Shown: positions 24,128 through 33,704, counted from the stretch's first letter. The stretch is DNA of 48,577 bases from a virus (IMGVR_UViG_3300032293_002271:1-48577), one strand, 5' to 3'. Numbers and translations are program-made. The notes: a model not told the origin generated them from the sequence alone.

Positions 24128-24292
24128 ATGGGACACCTTAACCAGTATCTTGAAGTAGCTCTTGCTCTTCACGCAGCTTGTTCTGCCATTTGCGCTCTGA
24201 CCCCAACCCCCAAAGATGATCGGGTTGCTCGCAAGCTTTACAAGTTAATCGAGATTGGTGGCTTGGTGATTGGCCGCGCTAAACAACGCTGA
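24128..24292 (+). CDS. Small holin-like membrane protein
   Basis: MGHLNQYLEVALALHAACSAICALTPTPKDDRVARKLYKLIEIGGLVIGRAKQR; TPTPKDD motif; near the endolysin. Confidence 0.6.
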   Translation: MGHLNQYLEVALALHAACSAICALTPTPKDDRVARKLYKLIEIGGLVIGRAKQR

Positions 24293-24475
24293 TCAATCAG
24301 TTAACACCTGGGTCCAAAACACAACTCCATCGTTGTTTTCAACCCATTTTTTAGTTGCGTAAGCCTCTTCTCTGCTAAGGGTTACGCATTTTTTTTCGTC
24401 GCCAACTTCCCAGCAGATATTGACGCGAATCTTTAAATCTTTATTATGTTTCACTTTGATACGATAATTGCCCAA
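24293..24475 (-). CDS. Hypothetical protein
   Basis: Follows the endolysin; start uncertain. Confidence 0.45.
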   Translation of the reverse strand: MGNYRIKVKHNKDLKIRVNICWEVGDEKKCVTLSREEAYATKKWVENNDGVVFWTQVLTD

Positions 24476-25563
24476 CCTGTATTGTTACCATCGCATTCCC
24501 AGCGACGCAGCCAATTTTTACGGCTGTATTTAACATCTTTACCACGCGCAGCAGAGTTGTTGACGTATCCGCCATTTACCATGTTGGCTTCTCCGTTGGG
24601 ATCGTTATGAACAAAATAATCAGGAGCAAAACCAACGCAACAAGTCCAATGGCCGCCACCAGTGGGGTAATTTACATTTCCCTGGTGTAGCCAACCAACA
24701 GCTACTGGCCTTCCGTTGCGAATTTCATTTTCCAGTAGAGCGGCATTACCGTTTGTAATAAATGTTGCCTTGAGTCCCAAAGAACGCAGTGTTGCTAGCT
24801 GGGCGTCTTTATTTGTGGTGTCTCCATATTTGGCACGGATTTTATTGTACTCGTCATCCGATTTTACTAAGTTGTAATAAGCTGCGACCATGGCACAACT
24901 CGAAGAAAAGCACTCGCGATATCCCGTGCCAGACTGATTATCAAGCTGATAAAAGTAAGGTACAGGTAGTGTTTTAGATGTAGTCGCATCAATGGTATTG
25001 CCCCCTGGTGTACCAAGTTGCTTATCCATGATCTGGATCAGCTTGGTGCTGTAGCCAGGATCTGTAGCGTATCCTTCTGTAACCAATAGCTGTGCGCAGT
25101 TGTTTCTGCTTGTTGCACGGTTCACACCTTTATATGTACCGTAATCTTTGTACCAGCGATCAACCAAGTAACAAGTGCAGGTGTAAAGATCAGGGAAGTC
25201 AATAAATCCAGCTTTGATTGTTACCCATTGACCGTTAATAAATTCTTGAGTGTTGACTGTTGTGCCAGATCCTTTTAAGCCGTAGTAATTATGTGTGCCT
25301 GAGGTGTCTTTCCCCCAATTTGATTCAAGTGCCCATTGAGCTGCAACGCATTCCGGGTATTTTGCACCAGCATCTTTACCTGCTTTTATTACACCTTCCC
25401 ACGTATTGGGGTAGGTTTCCACTGGTTTTGGCGCTGTGCGGTATTTGACAGCAAAAGACTCCAGAGTCTCAGAAGGGATCTGAGTCTGAAGCCAATTCCA
25501 TGCATCAATTTGATGTGGTTCTTCTTTAAAATAACGAGCCGCTTCAATAAATTTTATACTCAT
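24451..25563 (-). CDS. Endolysin: GH73 glucosaminidase + C39-like peptidase
   Basis: AAQWALESNWG, NYYGLKG, GYATDPGY; then PYFYQLDN..ECFSSSCAM..GHW..HNDP. Confidence 0.85.
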   Translation of the reverse strand: MSIKFIEAARYFKEEPHQIDAWNWLQTQIPSETLESFAVKYRTAPKPVETYPNTWEGVIKAGKDAGAKYPECVAAQWALESNWGKDTSGTHNYYGLKGSGTTVNTQEFINGQWVTIKAGFIDFPDLYTCTCYLVDRWYKDYGTYKGVNRATSRNNCAQLLVTEGYATDPGYSTKLIQIMDKQLGTPGGNTIDATTSKTLPVPYFYQLDNQSGTGYRECFSSSCAMVAAYYNLVKSDDEYNKIRAKYGDTTNKDAQLATLRSLGLKATFITNGNAALLENEIRNGRPVAVGWLHQGNVNYPTGGGHWTCCVGFAPDYFVHNDPNGEANMVNGGYVNNSAARGKDVKYSRKNWLRRWECDGNNTGWAIIVSK

Positions 25564-25567
25564 CTAC

Positions 25568-28285
25568 CTAAAGCTCCAAAGATTGCACCTTGGTTTCAAG
25601 TACTTTAATACGTTTGTCTTGGTTTTTAATCAAATTAAGCAAGTGTGGGACAAAACGATCATATTGAACGCCTTCAGCCTCTGGTTCTTCCAAGGGAGCA
25701 TCTACGTATTTGCCATCTTCTTGTTTAATTTTTTCGGTTGTTTTCCAAAAAACAAGTCGTGGGTCAATGAGAGCAACTTCTTCTGCAATAAAGCCCCACC
25801 ATCCCAATCTTGGGTCGTCAGATGGACAAGTAGACCTGTACCAAACAGGACGGCAGTTTAACAATGCCTCTGAATAACTGTACTGTGCATCTTCTACTTG
25901 TGTTTTGTATTTAATGGATGAAGTGCTCCTGCGAACAAGACCGCTAACATCAATGTTTATATTTGCCGCTGTCGCAGTCGTAGTGTTGTATGTTGTTTCC
26001 GAACGTATTGTTCCAGTAGCAGTCAATATATTGCGTTCACTTGTTGAAAAGAAACGTTGAAGAGCCCACCAAGTGTCGCCAGAGGGGTCAATACGGAATC
26101 TACTTAATGCTGTAGAACCTCCGTTTGCAGTTGTGTAAAAACTTAATGTTGTCGGCATACTGGCAGCACCAGGAGAAGCTCCAACAGTCGCTTCTATCTT
26201 TGCTCCTTCAAGGTAGCTAGAACTTCCATTTGCACCATACCAACGCAAAGTTCCCAGAATGTCCGAAGTCTGTACAATTGTATTGGTGCCTACAGTGGCT
26301 CCTCGGCTTTTATAAAATGTTGCGTCGACACCACTACTGGCATTAACAAAACAACCCAAACCAACCGTGTTACCAGAAGTAAAATGCGCTTGAATTGATT
26401 CGTTTCCAACAATGCTTGTTGTTGTGCCAACTAGAACACGTTTACTTGTGTCTACGGTTACAGCCGCTGTGTTGTTTTGAATAAACGTAACATCTACGTT
26501 AGAAGTTGTGCCAACAACAGGGAAATTTCCAGTGGCAAAGTTTGCGGTTGTACCTGTTACTGTTGTACCAGTAATACTAGTTGCACCGATACTCCCACCA
26601 GTAATAGTGGTAAATTGCCCAGTAATGCCAGTAATTGTGGTGCCAGAAAGCGTGGTATAGGTTGAAAGAGTTCCACTGTTATTAACAAAATTTCCAGTGG
26701 TAAAGTTTGCAGTTGTACCAGTGACCGTTGTCCCTGTGATATTAGTGGCGTTAATTGTTACGCCTGTAATATTTGTGGCATTAATGTCCCCACCAGTAAT
26801 AGTTGTAAACTGACCGGCATTACCAGTAACAGTGGCGCCGGACAACGTTGTGTATGTTGAAGTAGTACCGCTATTGCTAACAAAATTACCGCTAGTAAAA
26901 TTCGCAGTTGTACCTGTTACTGTCACACCAGTAATATTGGTTGCGCCAATTCCGCCACCCGTAAGAGTTGTAAACTGGCCGGCATTACCAGTGACAGTGG
27001 CACCAGAAACCGTTGTGGTGAATACGCCAACAATTCCAGTGAGGTTTGTAAACTGACCGGTATCACCGCTTACTGTAGTTCCGGAAACACGTACAAAATT
27101 TCCTGTTCCTGCTGTTAAATTTGAAAACTGCCCAGTGTTACCGGTTACAGTGGCGCCTGATAATAGTGTAGTAAATACACCTGTTACGCCTGTAACACGT
27201 GTGAAAACTGAATTATTACCTGTAACTGTTACGCCAGAAATTCGGCCAGTAAAAATACCTGAAACACCGGTTACAAAAGTAGCAGATACCGAGTCGCCTG
27301 TGACTGTAGTTCCAGATAAATTTGTGTATACGCCTGAAACACCAGTAATTAAGCTAAATAAACCTGTGTTTCCTGTTATGGAAATACCAGAAAGGAACTG
27401 AGTAAATACACCCGAAATACCGCTAACCGAGCCAAATGAACCTAAATTACCAGTGACAGTTGCTCCTGATACCCTTGAGGTAAACGTTCCGGAAACTCCT
27501 GTAATTTGTGTTGTATTAACTGTTTCACCCGTGATGGATGCACCTGAAAGAGCTGTAGTAAATACGCCCGTTACACCCGTAACGCTTGTAAATGCCCCTC
27601 TTGTACCAGTAACTGTTGCCCCCGAAAGCGTTCCAGTCACTTGTACAATAGTTGCAAACTGAGCCAGGCCTGTTACTGTTAAGCCGCTTGCAACAGATAG
27701 GTTTCCCCCAATAGTCAAAGACGGTGTAGAAAGTTCCTGAAATGTTCCAGTGGTTGCAGAAACAGTGGCGCCTGTAACAAAAGTCCCACTTAGTGTTCCA
27801 TACGTACCAGAAGTAGCATTGACTTGGTTTCCTGTTATCGTAGCTCCAGATAAAACCTGAAATCTGCCGCTCGTAAAATTAGCAAAAGTTCCCGTAGAAG
27901 TTGTTGTAGTAGAGGTTACTGAGTTGACGTTAGTACCTTGAACGTTAATACCTGTAATTGTATTGCCGCTTATAGTGCCGCTTACTGTTGCGTTGTTTTG
28001 AACAAGAATTGCGTTAAATGTTCCTAAACCAGAGCTGTTAAGTGTATTGAAATTGCTGTTTCCAGTGACAGTTAAATTACTGTTGATAGTGACGTTGCCA
28101 GTAAAAGTAGTGCCGCTTGTTGCAGCGTAATAAATATTAAGATACTCTTTAAATTGCGTAAAAGTAATCTTTTTATTGCGCAGCGTCGGATCTACTTCAA
28201 AAACATGGACAAGCGTTAATAGGTCTTGTTCATCAACAAGAGACCCATCAATTGACGGAAAGTCGGAGATTTTCCTATTTGCCAC
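25568..28285 (-). CDS. Tail fibre/spike with T/G-rich repeats and C-terminal S74-type chaperone domain
   Basis: MANRKISDF head; many SGATVTG...FT.ITG repeats; SSIKYKT..RPVWYR..GFIAEEV..YDRFVPHL. Confidence 0.8.
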   Translation of the reverse strand: MANRKISDFPSIDGSLVDEQDLLTLVHVFEVDPTLRNKKITFTQFKEYLNIYYAATSGTTFTGNVTINSNLTVTGNSNFNTLNSSGLGTFNAILVQNNATVSGTISGNTITGINVQGTNVNSVTSTTTTSTGTFANFTSGRFQVLSGATITGNQVNATSGTYGTLSGTFVTGATVSATTGTFQELSTPSLTIGGNLSVASGLTVTGLAQFATIVQVTGTLSGATVTGTRGAFTSVTGVTGVFTTALSGASITGETVNTTQITGVSGTFTSRVSGATVTGNLGSFGSVSGISGVFTQFLSGISITGNTGLFSLITGVSGVYTNLSGTTVTGDSVSATFVTGVSGIFTGRISGVTVTGNNSVFTRVTGVTGVFTTLLSGATVTGNTGQFSNLTAGTGNFVRVSGTTVSGDTGQFTNLTGIVGVFTTTVSGATVTGNAGQFTTLTGGGIGATNITGVTVTGTTANFTSGNFVSNSGTTSTYTTLSGATVTGNAGQFTTITGGDINATNITGVTINATNITGTTVTGTTANFTTGNFVNNSGTLSTYTTLSGTTITGITGQFTTITGGSIGATSITGTTVTGTTANFATGNFPVVGTTSNVDVTFIQNNTAAVTVDTSKRVLVGTTTSIVGNESIQAHFTSGNTVGLGCFVNASSGVDATFYKSRGATVGTNTIVQTSDILGTLRWYGANGSSSYLEGAKIEATVGASPGAASMPTTLSFYTTANGGSTALSRFRIDPSGDTWWALQRFFSTSERNILTATGTIRSETTYNTTTATAANINIDVSGLVRRSTSSIKYKTQVEDAQYSYSEALLNCRPVWYRSTCPSDDPRLGWWGFIAEEVALIDPRLVFWKTTEKIKQEDGKYVDAPLEEPEAEGVQYDRFVPHLLNLIKNQDKRIKVLETKVQSLEL

Positions 28286-28332
28286 CGGTTATTAGTACGC
28301 AATACTTATGGTTTAATTATAAAGCTTTTTAC

Positions 28333-28701
28333 TTAACGCAACTTAACTTCAATTCGTGGCAATAAATTGGAAACAAAATTCCACGACACTTGAATTCCTG
28401 TTACGATTCCACAAGATAGCAAGATCACAAGCAGCAATTCCGCAACTGTAAAATTGCGACGCACATAAATGACTTGTGGGGGCTGTGGGGCAATAGCGCG
28501 TTGGGCAATGGTTTGTTGGATAGCACGCTCTCGAGCAAGTGCCTTCATCTCGGCAAGTTGTTCAGGTGTAATCCCCTGCTCAAGGGGACGTGCAGCCCTT
28601 TCTTGTGCAAGCGCTTGAATCCCAGCCAGTTGCTCAGGTGTGACGTTTTGTTCCAGGGGACGTGAAACAGGTACTTGACTAGGCAGAACTTGGTCTTCCA
28701 T
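28333..28701 (-). CDS. Membrane-anchored protein with 24 aa tandem duplication
   Basis: PLEQ.(V/I)TPEQLA....ALA.ERA twice; C-terminal TM segment. Confidence 0.6.
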   Translation of the reverse strand: MEDQVLPSQVPVSRPLEQNVTPEQLAGIQALAQERAARPLEQGITPEQLAEMKALARERAIQQTIAQRAIAPQPPQVIYVRRNFTVAELLLVILLSCGIVTGIQVSWNFVSNLLPRIEVKLR

Positions 28702-28754
28702 TATCACAAATGGTTTTGTTGACAGACTAACATATAAACAGAACGCTTGCAGTT

Positions 28755-29165
28755 ATGAGTTACGGAATCAGAAAAGGACTAGAAGACATTGCGCAGGAAC
28801 TAAAGGGAATCAGAAATATCCTTAGTTCTATGTGGCATAGCCGGTATTCAAACGGAGAAACAGATGCCCTATGTCCCGATGCCTATGCTGACGAGTACAT
28901 TTCAACCGAAGAATGTGGCAGGCGTCTTGGGGTATCCGACCAAACAGTGAGAAACTGGATTGCAATCGGACGAAAAGAACCTGCAAAAGGCTGGGTAGAA
29001 GGCATTCATTATGTCAATATTTCCCCTGGGGCCAACCGTAAAGCAGTGATGCGAATCCCCTGGAACCAACTGGTTCAATCCTTTGCCAAAAACCGTGACC
29101 TTACGGCAAGTGATCTGAGAGGTGGACCCAGAATGTATAAGTCAACTAATGACTTTCTTGAATGA
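28755..29165 (+). CDS. HTH (excisionase/MerR-like) DNA-binding protein
   Basis: YISTEECGRRLGVSDQTVRNWI..GW.EG.HY. Confidence 0.7.
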   Translation: MSYGIRKGLEDIAQELKGIRNILSSMWHSRYSNGETDALCPDAYADEYISTEECGRRLGVSDQTVRNWIAIGRKEPAKGWVEGIHYVNISPGANRKAVMRIPWNQLVQSFAKNRDLTASDLRGGPRMYKSTNDFLE

Positions 29166-29644
29166 TGGCACATCGATTTCAAGTTGTAGATATCGATGAG
29201 GTCACCATCGATAATTATCAGGAAACTTTACCTGAGTCCTTGGCAAACCAAGTAGAAATGTTTCTGCCACCCAGTGGATCATTTGATGACGGGTGTCTAC
29301 GTCGTTATCTTGAAAACCTAAAGAAATATGAAGAAGAAGACGCTAACTCAGGCATGACTTTGGCGAATAGATTGCGTCTTGTGTTCCAAGATCTGCAACC
29401 CGATACAATCTGTGGCAAATTCCCGCAAGCAGAACTGCCGTTGAAAAGAAGGCTTCGCTGCGTCGCTGAGTACCTAATTCGCTCTGGTGAATTCAACAAA
29501 GTACGGGACAGCACCGGTAAACTCGTTAAAAAACGTGGCATCCTCGGCAAACTGGTTGTGCTTTACCAACCAACCGAAAAGCTTTTAGAATCACTACAAC
29601 GCCAAGGACTTATAGAAAAATGTCAAACCGACGCGAAAAGTTGA
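29162..29644 (+). CDS. Hypothetical protein (possible winged helix)
   Basis: 160 aa coupled ORF. Confidence 0.55.
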   Translation: MMAHRFQVVDIDEVTIDNYQETLPESLANQVEMFLPPSGSFDDGCLRRYLENLKKYEEEDANSGMTLANRLRLVFQDLQPDTICGKFPQAELPLKRRLRCVAEYLIRSGEFNKVRDSTGKLVKKRGILGKLVVLYQPTEKLLESLQRQGLIEKCQTDAKS

Positions 29645-30012
29645 TTGCTTCTGTCATCGGCCCAGAGATGGACGAGACTAAAGCCAAGGTCCTTGAAGGT
29701 ACCTTGAAGCTGATCCTTGGTGACATGGGCCAACACTACTGCAAGATGTGGGAACTCGAAGGGCCGGGAGTTATGGTCTTTCAGCCACAAAATGAGGAAC
29801 GTTCTATGTTTTTCATGACACTCAAGGAGCTGCACTCAGCGCAAGAGGAGTGTGAACGGGAGAATAACGGCGATCTGGCTGAAACGTTCAGACGCGTTCT
29901 TGGGGCAGCACAAAAGATTGATCCCCTGGAAAAAGCTGGTTATCTCATTAACGATCATACGGGCATGCGTTACCTAGAAATTGATTACAACAAGATGGGT
30001 GAAAAGAAATGA
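29620..30012 (+). CDS. Hypothetical protein
   Basis: 130 aa coupled ORF. Confidence 0.6.
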   Translation: MSNRREKLIASVIGPEMDETKAKVLEGTLKLILGDMGQHYCKMWELEGPGVMVFQPQNEERSMFFMTLKELHSAQEECERENNGDLAETFRRVLGAAQKIDPLEKAGYLINDHTGMRYLEIDYNKMGEKK

Positions 30013-30602
30013 CCGATGGTGTTCGCAAGGTTAAATCAAAGTCTGAAGAAATTGAGTGGATCACCAGCTCTGACCTTGTATGTGCAGCTAATGAGTTGAT
30101 GGGTGGTATTGACTTGGACGTGGCAAGTTCCAAACTTGCTAACGAGTACGTGCAGGCCAAGCAGTTTTACACTCCGTCAGACGATGCGTTAAATGCGCAA
30201 CTTTGGTATGGAAACGTGTATTTGTTTCCGCCATCTGGTGCTTACTTTTGGGACAAAAAGAACGAAAGGTGGAAGATGACACGCGCTTCTGCATTGTCCT
30301 TGACATCTTCCCATGCCGTATGGTTTCGGCGTCTGTACCACGAATGGCTGTCGGGCGAAGTGAAGCAAGGTCTTTACTTCAGTAACTGCCCTGACATGAT
30401 TCGTTACGAGCCTAAGATCTTTAAGTTTCCGATGTGTATTCTAAAAACCATACCAAAATTGAATCGTCATCGCCAGGGAAAAGTCGAGACTGCAACCACG
30501 TGCACTTCTTTCCTTGTGTATTTACCTCCCATGGATTCAGCAACTGAGGCCACCGAACGATTTATTGACATTTACTCGGAACGCGGACATATCCTTTCCT
30601 GA
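30009..30602 (+). CDS. Phage DNA N6-adenine methyltransferase-like protein with altered catalytic motif
   Basis: EWIT, MGGIDLDVAS, FYT..DDAL...W.GNVYLFPP (NPPY expected). Confidence 0.7.
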   Translation: MTDGVRKVKSKSEEIEWITSSDLVCAANELMGGIDLDVASSKLANEYVQAKQFYTPSDDALNAQLWYGNVYLFPPSGAYFWDKKNERWKMTRASALSLTSSHAVWFRRLYHEWLSGEVKQGLYFSNCPDMIRYEPKIFKFPMCILKTIPKLNRHRQGKVETATTCTSFLVYLPPMDSATEATERFIDIYSERGHILS

Positions 30603-30635
30603 ACCGGGTATACTAAAAGACGATTACAAGGAACT

Positions 30636-31223
30636 ATGAGCGTCCTCGCCGACTGGGAGATCAAACAGCTTGCTGTAGAAAAGGGTATGATTGAACCCTT
30701 TGTTGATCACCTAGTTAACAAAGAGAACGGACGCAAGCTTCTTAGCTATGGACTTAGTTCATACGGCTATGACATCAGGCTTTCCCCTGGGCAGTGTTTA
30801 ATTTTTGGTAAGGTCCAGGCTGGAGACTGCGATCCAAAGAACTTTGATCCGGCCATTCTTAAACCTGCCGACCTCCTGGAAGATGAGCGTGGTCAGTACT
30901 TCTTGCTTCCTCCGTACGGCTATTGCTTGGGCGTTGCGCAAGAACGTCTGCAGCTGCCACGTGATGTCACTGTTGTTGCCGTTGGTAAATCTACGTATGC
31001 TCGTTCAGGCATCCTTGTCAACATCACGCCTGCCGAAAGTGGCTGGGAAGGTTACCTAACGCTAGAAATCAGCAACTGCACGGGCCTCTTCAATCGCATC
31101 TACGCAAACGAAGGGATCACCCAACTGCTCTTCTATCGTGGCAACCCTTGTGAGGTTAGTTACCAGGACCGAAAGGGCAAGTATCAAGATCAACCGAGTA
31201 ACGTAGTTTTCTCTCAGGTTTAA
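30636..31223 (+). CDS. dcd: dCTP deaminase
   Basis: GMIEPF, SYGLSSYGYDIRL, GKSTYARSG, TP.E.GWEG.LTLE, YANEGI.Q, Y.DRKGKYQ.Q. Confidence 0.95.
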   Translation: MSVLADWEIKQLAVEKGMIEPFVDHLVNKENGRKLLSYGLSSYGYDIRLSPGQCLIFGKVQAGDCDPKNFDPAILKPADLLEDERGQYFLLPPYGYCLGVAQERLQLPRDVTVVAVGKSTYARSGILVNITPAESGWEGYLTLEISNCTGLFNRIYANEGITQLLFYRGNPCEVSYQDRKGKYQDQPSNVVFSQV

Positions 31224-31546
31224 AACCCTTTACCGAATTGGGACTGTGGCTTACGGGAATATGCCGTACTGCCTACAGTCCCATAAGCGTCACCGTCTTC
31301 ATTGAAAACGGTGGGCTCAGCAATTTGAGATCTTTGTTGATATGCGCCGGCAGACCTTGCTGCACGCATAAACTTTGCCACGTTATTTTGTTTGTCATTT
31401 ACAGAATCAGCAGATCGACGTTCCGTTGATTCAATGCGTCGCATGTCTGTGTCATACGCCTGCTCTGGCCTTAGGTCCGATACTTCGGCCCCTGAGGTAC
31501 CAGAATTATTACGCGGGTCGTATGTGGGTCTGTAAGTGTTTGCCAT
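31220..31546 (-). CDS. Hypothetical protein
   Basis: 108 aa, preceded by TACAAT on the minus strand. Confidence 0.6.
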   Translation of the reverse strand: MANTYRPTYDPRNNSGTSGAEVSDLRPEQAYDTDMRRIESTERRSADSVNDKQNNVAKFMRAARSAGAYQQRSQIAEPTVFNEDGDAYGTVGSTAYSRKPQSQFGKGF

Positions 31547-31585
31547 CTTATCATTGTAAGAGACGTAAATCGCTTACACACCGTG

Positions 31586-31927
31586 ATGCATTCCGCTGCA
31601 GGATTCCTGGACAATTTTGTTCAAGATGAACTGGATTGTCGTTGTCTTACTGAAGAAGATTTTGGCGCACCTCTCGCTAATGAAGAGAATGATGTACCAT
31701 TGTATGACATGTATAACAGAGGCTTAGCGTTATGCGAGCAGGGACTCGAAAGGAATCCGTTGAATCTCGAGGGGGCACGACTTGGAACGACGGGTTATAT
31801 CCCCTCGATGGAGCAGGGTCTGTCGATGGGAGCATCACCGAAACCCAAGGCGCTAGTGCTGGATCTGGGAGCACCGGATCAAAAGGAACAAGTGCTTTCA
31901 GCGAAACGTCGTGGTTTGCTCCGATAG
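31586..31927 (+). CDS. Hypothetical protein
   Basis: Protein-like composition; divergent from the previous gene. Confidence 0.55.
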   Translation: MHSAAGFLDNFVQDELDCRCLTEEDFGAPLANEENDVPLYDMYNRGLALCEQGLERNPLNLEGARLGTTGYIPSMEQGLSMGASPKPKALVLDLGAPDQKEQVLSAKRRGLLR

Positions 31928-32205
31928 ACGATAACGGATGTAAGGACGGTGTATGCCCAGTTCCCTGGGCCACCAAAGAAAAGCCTCCCGTTATCCAGGA
32001 GGATCTGGTGAATCACCCTCCGCATTACGCTGATGGAGGAATCGAATGCATCGAAGCAATTGAAGCTCAGTTAACCGCCGAAGAGTATCGCGGATACCTG
32101 AAGGGAAACATTGCCAAGTATGTGTGGCGTGAGAAACATAAAGGCGGGACAGAATCACTGAAGAAAGCACAGTGGTACCTCTCTCGTTTAATTGAATTGG
32201 AATAG
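31732..32205 (+). CDS. DUF3310 (T7 gp1.7-like nucleotide kinase) protein
   Basis: VNHPPHYADGGIECIEAI..GYLKGNIAKYVWR..HKGG.ESLKKAQWYL; start uncertain. Confidence 0.85.
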   Translation: MRAGTRKESVESRGGTTWNDGLYPLDGAGSVDGSITETQGASAGSGSTGSKGTSAFSETSWFAPIDDNGCKDGVCPVPWATKEKPPVIQEDLVNHPPHYADGGIECIEAIEAQLTAEEYRGYLKGNIAKYVWREKHKGGTESLKKAQWYLSRLIELE

Positions 32206-32207
32206 AT

Positions 32208-32513
32208 TCAAAACGGTTGCAAACCGTCTTCATCTTCGTCCTCGTCGTCGCTGTAAATACATGCGGCGGCGAGTTCTGCTAATTCAATATCAGTTGGGTG
32301 ATCCCAGTCAATCTCAATGTCTTCAGACGCCATGATGTCTCGGATGGCGTACCACTCCATCAAGCGTTGGTGGTAAAGGTTTAGCAAAGCAGTGTGGAGC
32401 TCGTCCCAGGTCATCTCTTGGGCCTGAAGCTCAGCCTTGCGCATTGCAAACTGGAGTTCTAGAGGAAGTTCAAACTCCCTGGGCTCAACTGACCGCTCCA
32501 TTCCGCTTTGCAT
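32208..32513 (-). CDS. nblA: NblA-like phycobilisome degradation protein with acidic tail
   Basis: ELPLELQFAMRKAELQAQEMTWDELHTALLNLYHQRL, similar to NblA LSLEQQF..R....QV..MS.EQ....L..LY.Q. Confidence 0.65.
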   Translation of the reverse strand: MQSGMERSVEPREFELPLELQFAMRKAELQAQEMTWDELHTALLNLYHQRLMEWYAIRDIMASEDIEIDWDHPTDIELAELAAACIYSDDEDEDEDGLQPF

Positions 32514-32537
32514 TTCTTTACTGCAAGTATTCTAAGC

Positions 32538-33197
32538 CTAGCTACTAAATTCTAAAGGGACGCCATCATTCGTGTAATCGTCCCAGGGGTCGTCATCAAT
32601 CTGAAATTCATTGGCAAACTGAGCTATTACGTATGGACTGAGGTTCTGTTCCAGGGAGCGGATGGCCTTTACTTGGTGCGGAGCCGCCGTGTAGTTCCTG
32701 AACGCTGCAAGTAATACATCTGTAGAGGACCAAGGATTTGCGTCGACTTCATGAAGGAAAAGCCGAATCTCCTCGCGACGCCTGTGGAGCAGACCGCCAA
32801 TTACTTGATGGTCTTCACCAAAGACCCAACGGCTCATTTCTTCTGTAGCAGCGGCAAAATCTTCGTGTTCAATACAGTCAATCACTCGACCGTACAGAAA
32901 AGATTCCCAGCCAATGGAATGAATAAATGAAAGCAACGCCTGGCGCATGCTGTCATCAAGTCCAAGATTTAACTTTGTAAGTTGCGTGTCAATAACAGAG
33001 AGCTCGTGGAAGAGATACTCTAGTGCTTTTTCTTGACTGCAACACTGGCCACGTTTGACGGGAGAACCATCGGGGTAGAACTGAGTCCCAAACCCGATGG
33101 TGTATGGCTCACCGCCAGATAACGGATCAGAGTATGCCTTCTCGCTAAACCCTTCGTATTTACGAATTAGGTTAACGGCATGCGAAAGATCCGACAT
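32538..33197 (-). CDS. GH24 (T4-type) lysozyme
   Basis: LIRKYEGF..AYSDP..G.PYTIGFGT, ALLSF, GL.HRRREE. Confidence 0.9.
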   Translation of the reverse strand: MSDLSHAVNLIRKYEGFSEKAYSDPLSGGEPYTIGFGTQFYPDGSPVKRGQCCSQEKALEYLFHELSVIDTQLTKLNLGLDDSMRQALLSFIHSIGWESFLYGRVIDCIEHEDFAAATEEMSRWVFGEDHQVIGGLLHRRREEIRLFLHEVDANPWSSTDVLLAAFRNYTAAPHQVKAIRSLEQNLSPYVIAQFANEFQIDDDPWDDYTNDGVPLEFSS

Positions 33198-33232
33198 GGA
33201 AGTAACTATTATTACTTCCAATCATACACAAT

Positions 33233-33355
33233 TTACTTGCCTTGGCCGCGAGATAGTTTACGTCCGTGACTAGGACGTGAATTTTTACCATCGCCTTGAC
33301 GAGTTTTTTTGGGCTTAGACCCAATCAAGATTGCGGTCGACTTGGGTTTTGCCAT
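33233..33355 (-). CDS. 40 aa basic cyanophage peptide
   Basis: MAKPKSTAILIGSKPKKTRQGDGKNSRPSHGRKLSRGQGK. Confidence 0.65.
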   Translation of the reverse strand: MAKPKSTAILIGSKPKKTRQGDGKNSRPSHGRKLSRGQGK

Positions 33356-33404
33356 TGCTAGTTGAGTTGGGCGCTGTCAGTTTAGCAGTGTTTTTGCCTG
33401 GAAG

Positions 33405-33704
33405 CTACCACTTGACCTTGTGGCTCCAGTACCGAGCTGACATGATGTCTGGGTTTGAATCTTGCGCATTATGCCTGGCGTAATAAGACTTTTTACGTGC
33501 CTTATCCTTTTCTGTTTTTGGGTGCTTACCAGCGCCTTCTACGCCTTGTTGGCCAAAACGAATAATTTTTTCTTTACCGTCTTTACAAGCTTTTACAACA
33601 TGACTCTTGGTTGGGTGACCAGGAGTCTTTCTTGGTTTATTGCACTCCATGGAATCTTTATGAAGCTTGGCAGCACTAGCCGCTTTGCGTGATTTATCTG
33701 ACAT
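33405..33704 (-). CDS. Small basic conserved phage protein
   Basis: KSHVV.A..G..KIIRFGQQG..RKKSYYARH..SARYWS.K.KW. Confidence 0.7.
   Translation of the reverse strand: MSDKSRKAASAAKLHKDSMECNKPRKTPGHPTKSHVVKACKDGKEKIIRFGQQGVEGAGKHPKTEKDKARKKSYYARHNAQDSNPDIMSARYWSHKVKW

Noticed and set aside
26832-27662. Several + strand V/P/T-rich ORFs
   Set aside because: Antisense reading of tail-fibre T/G repeats.
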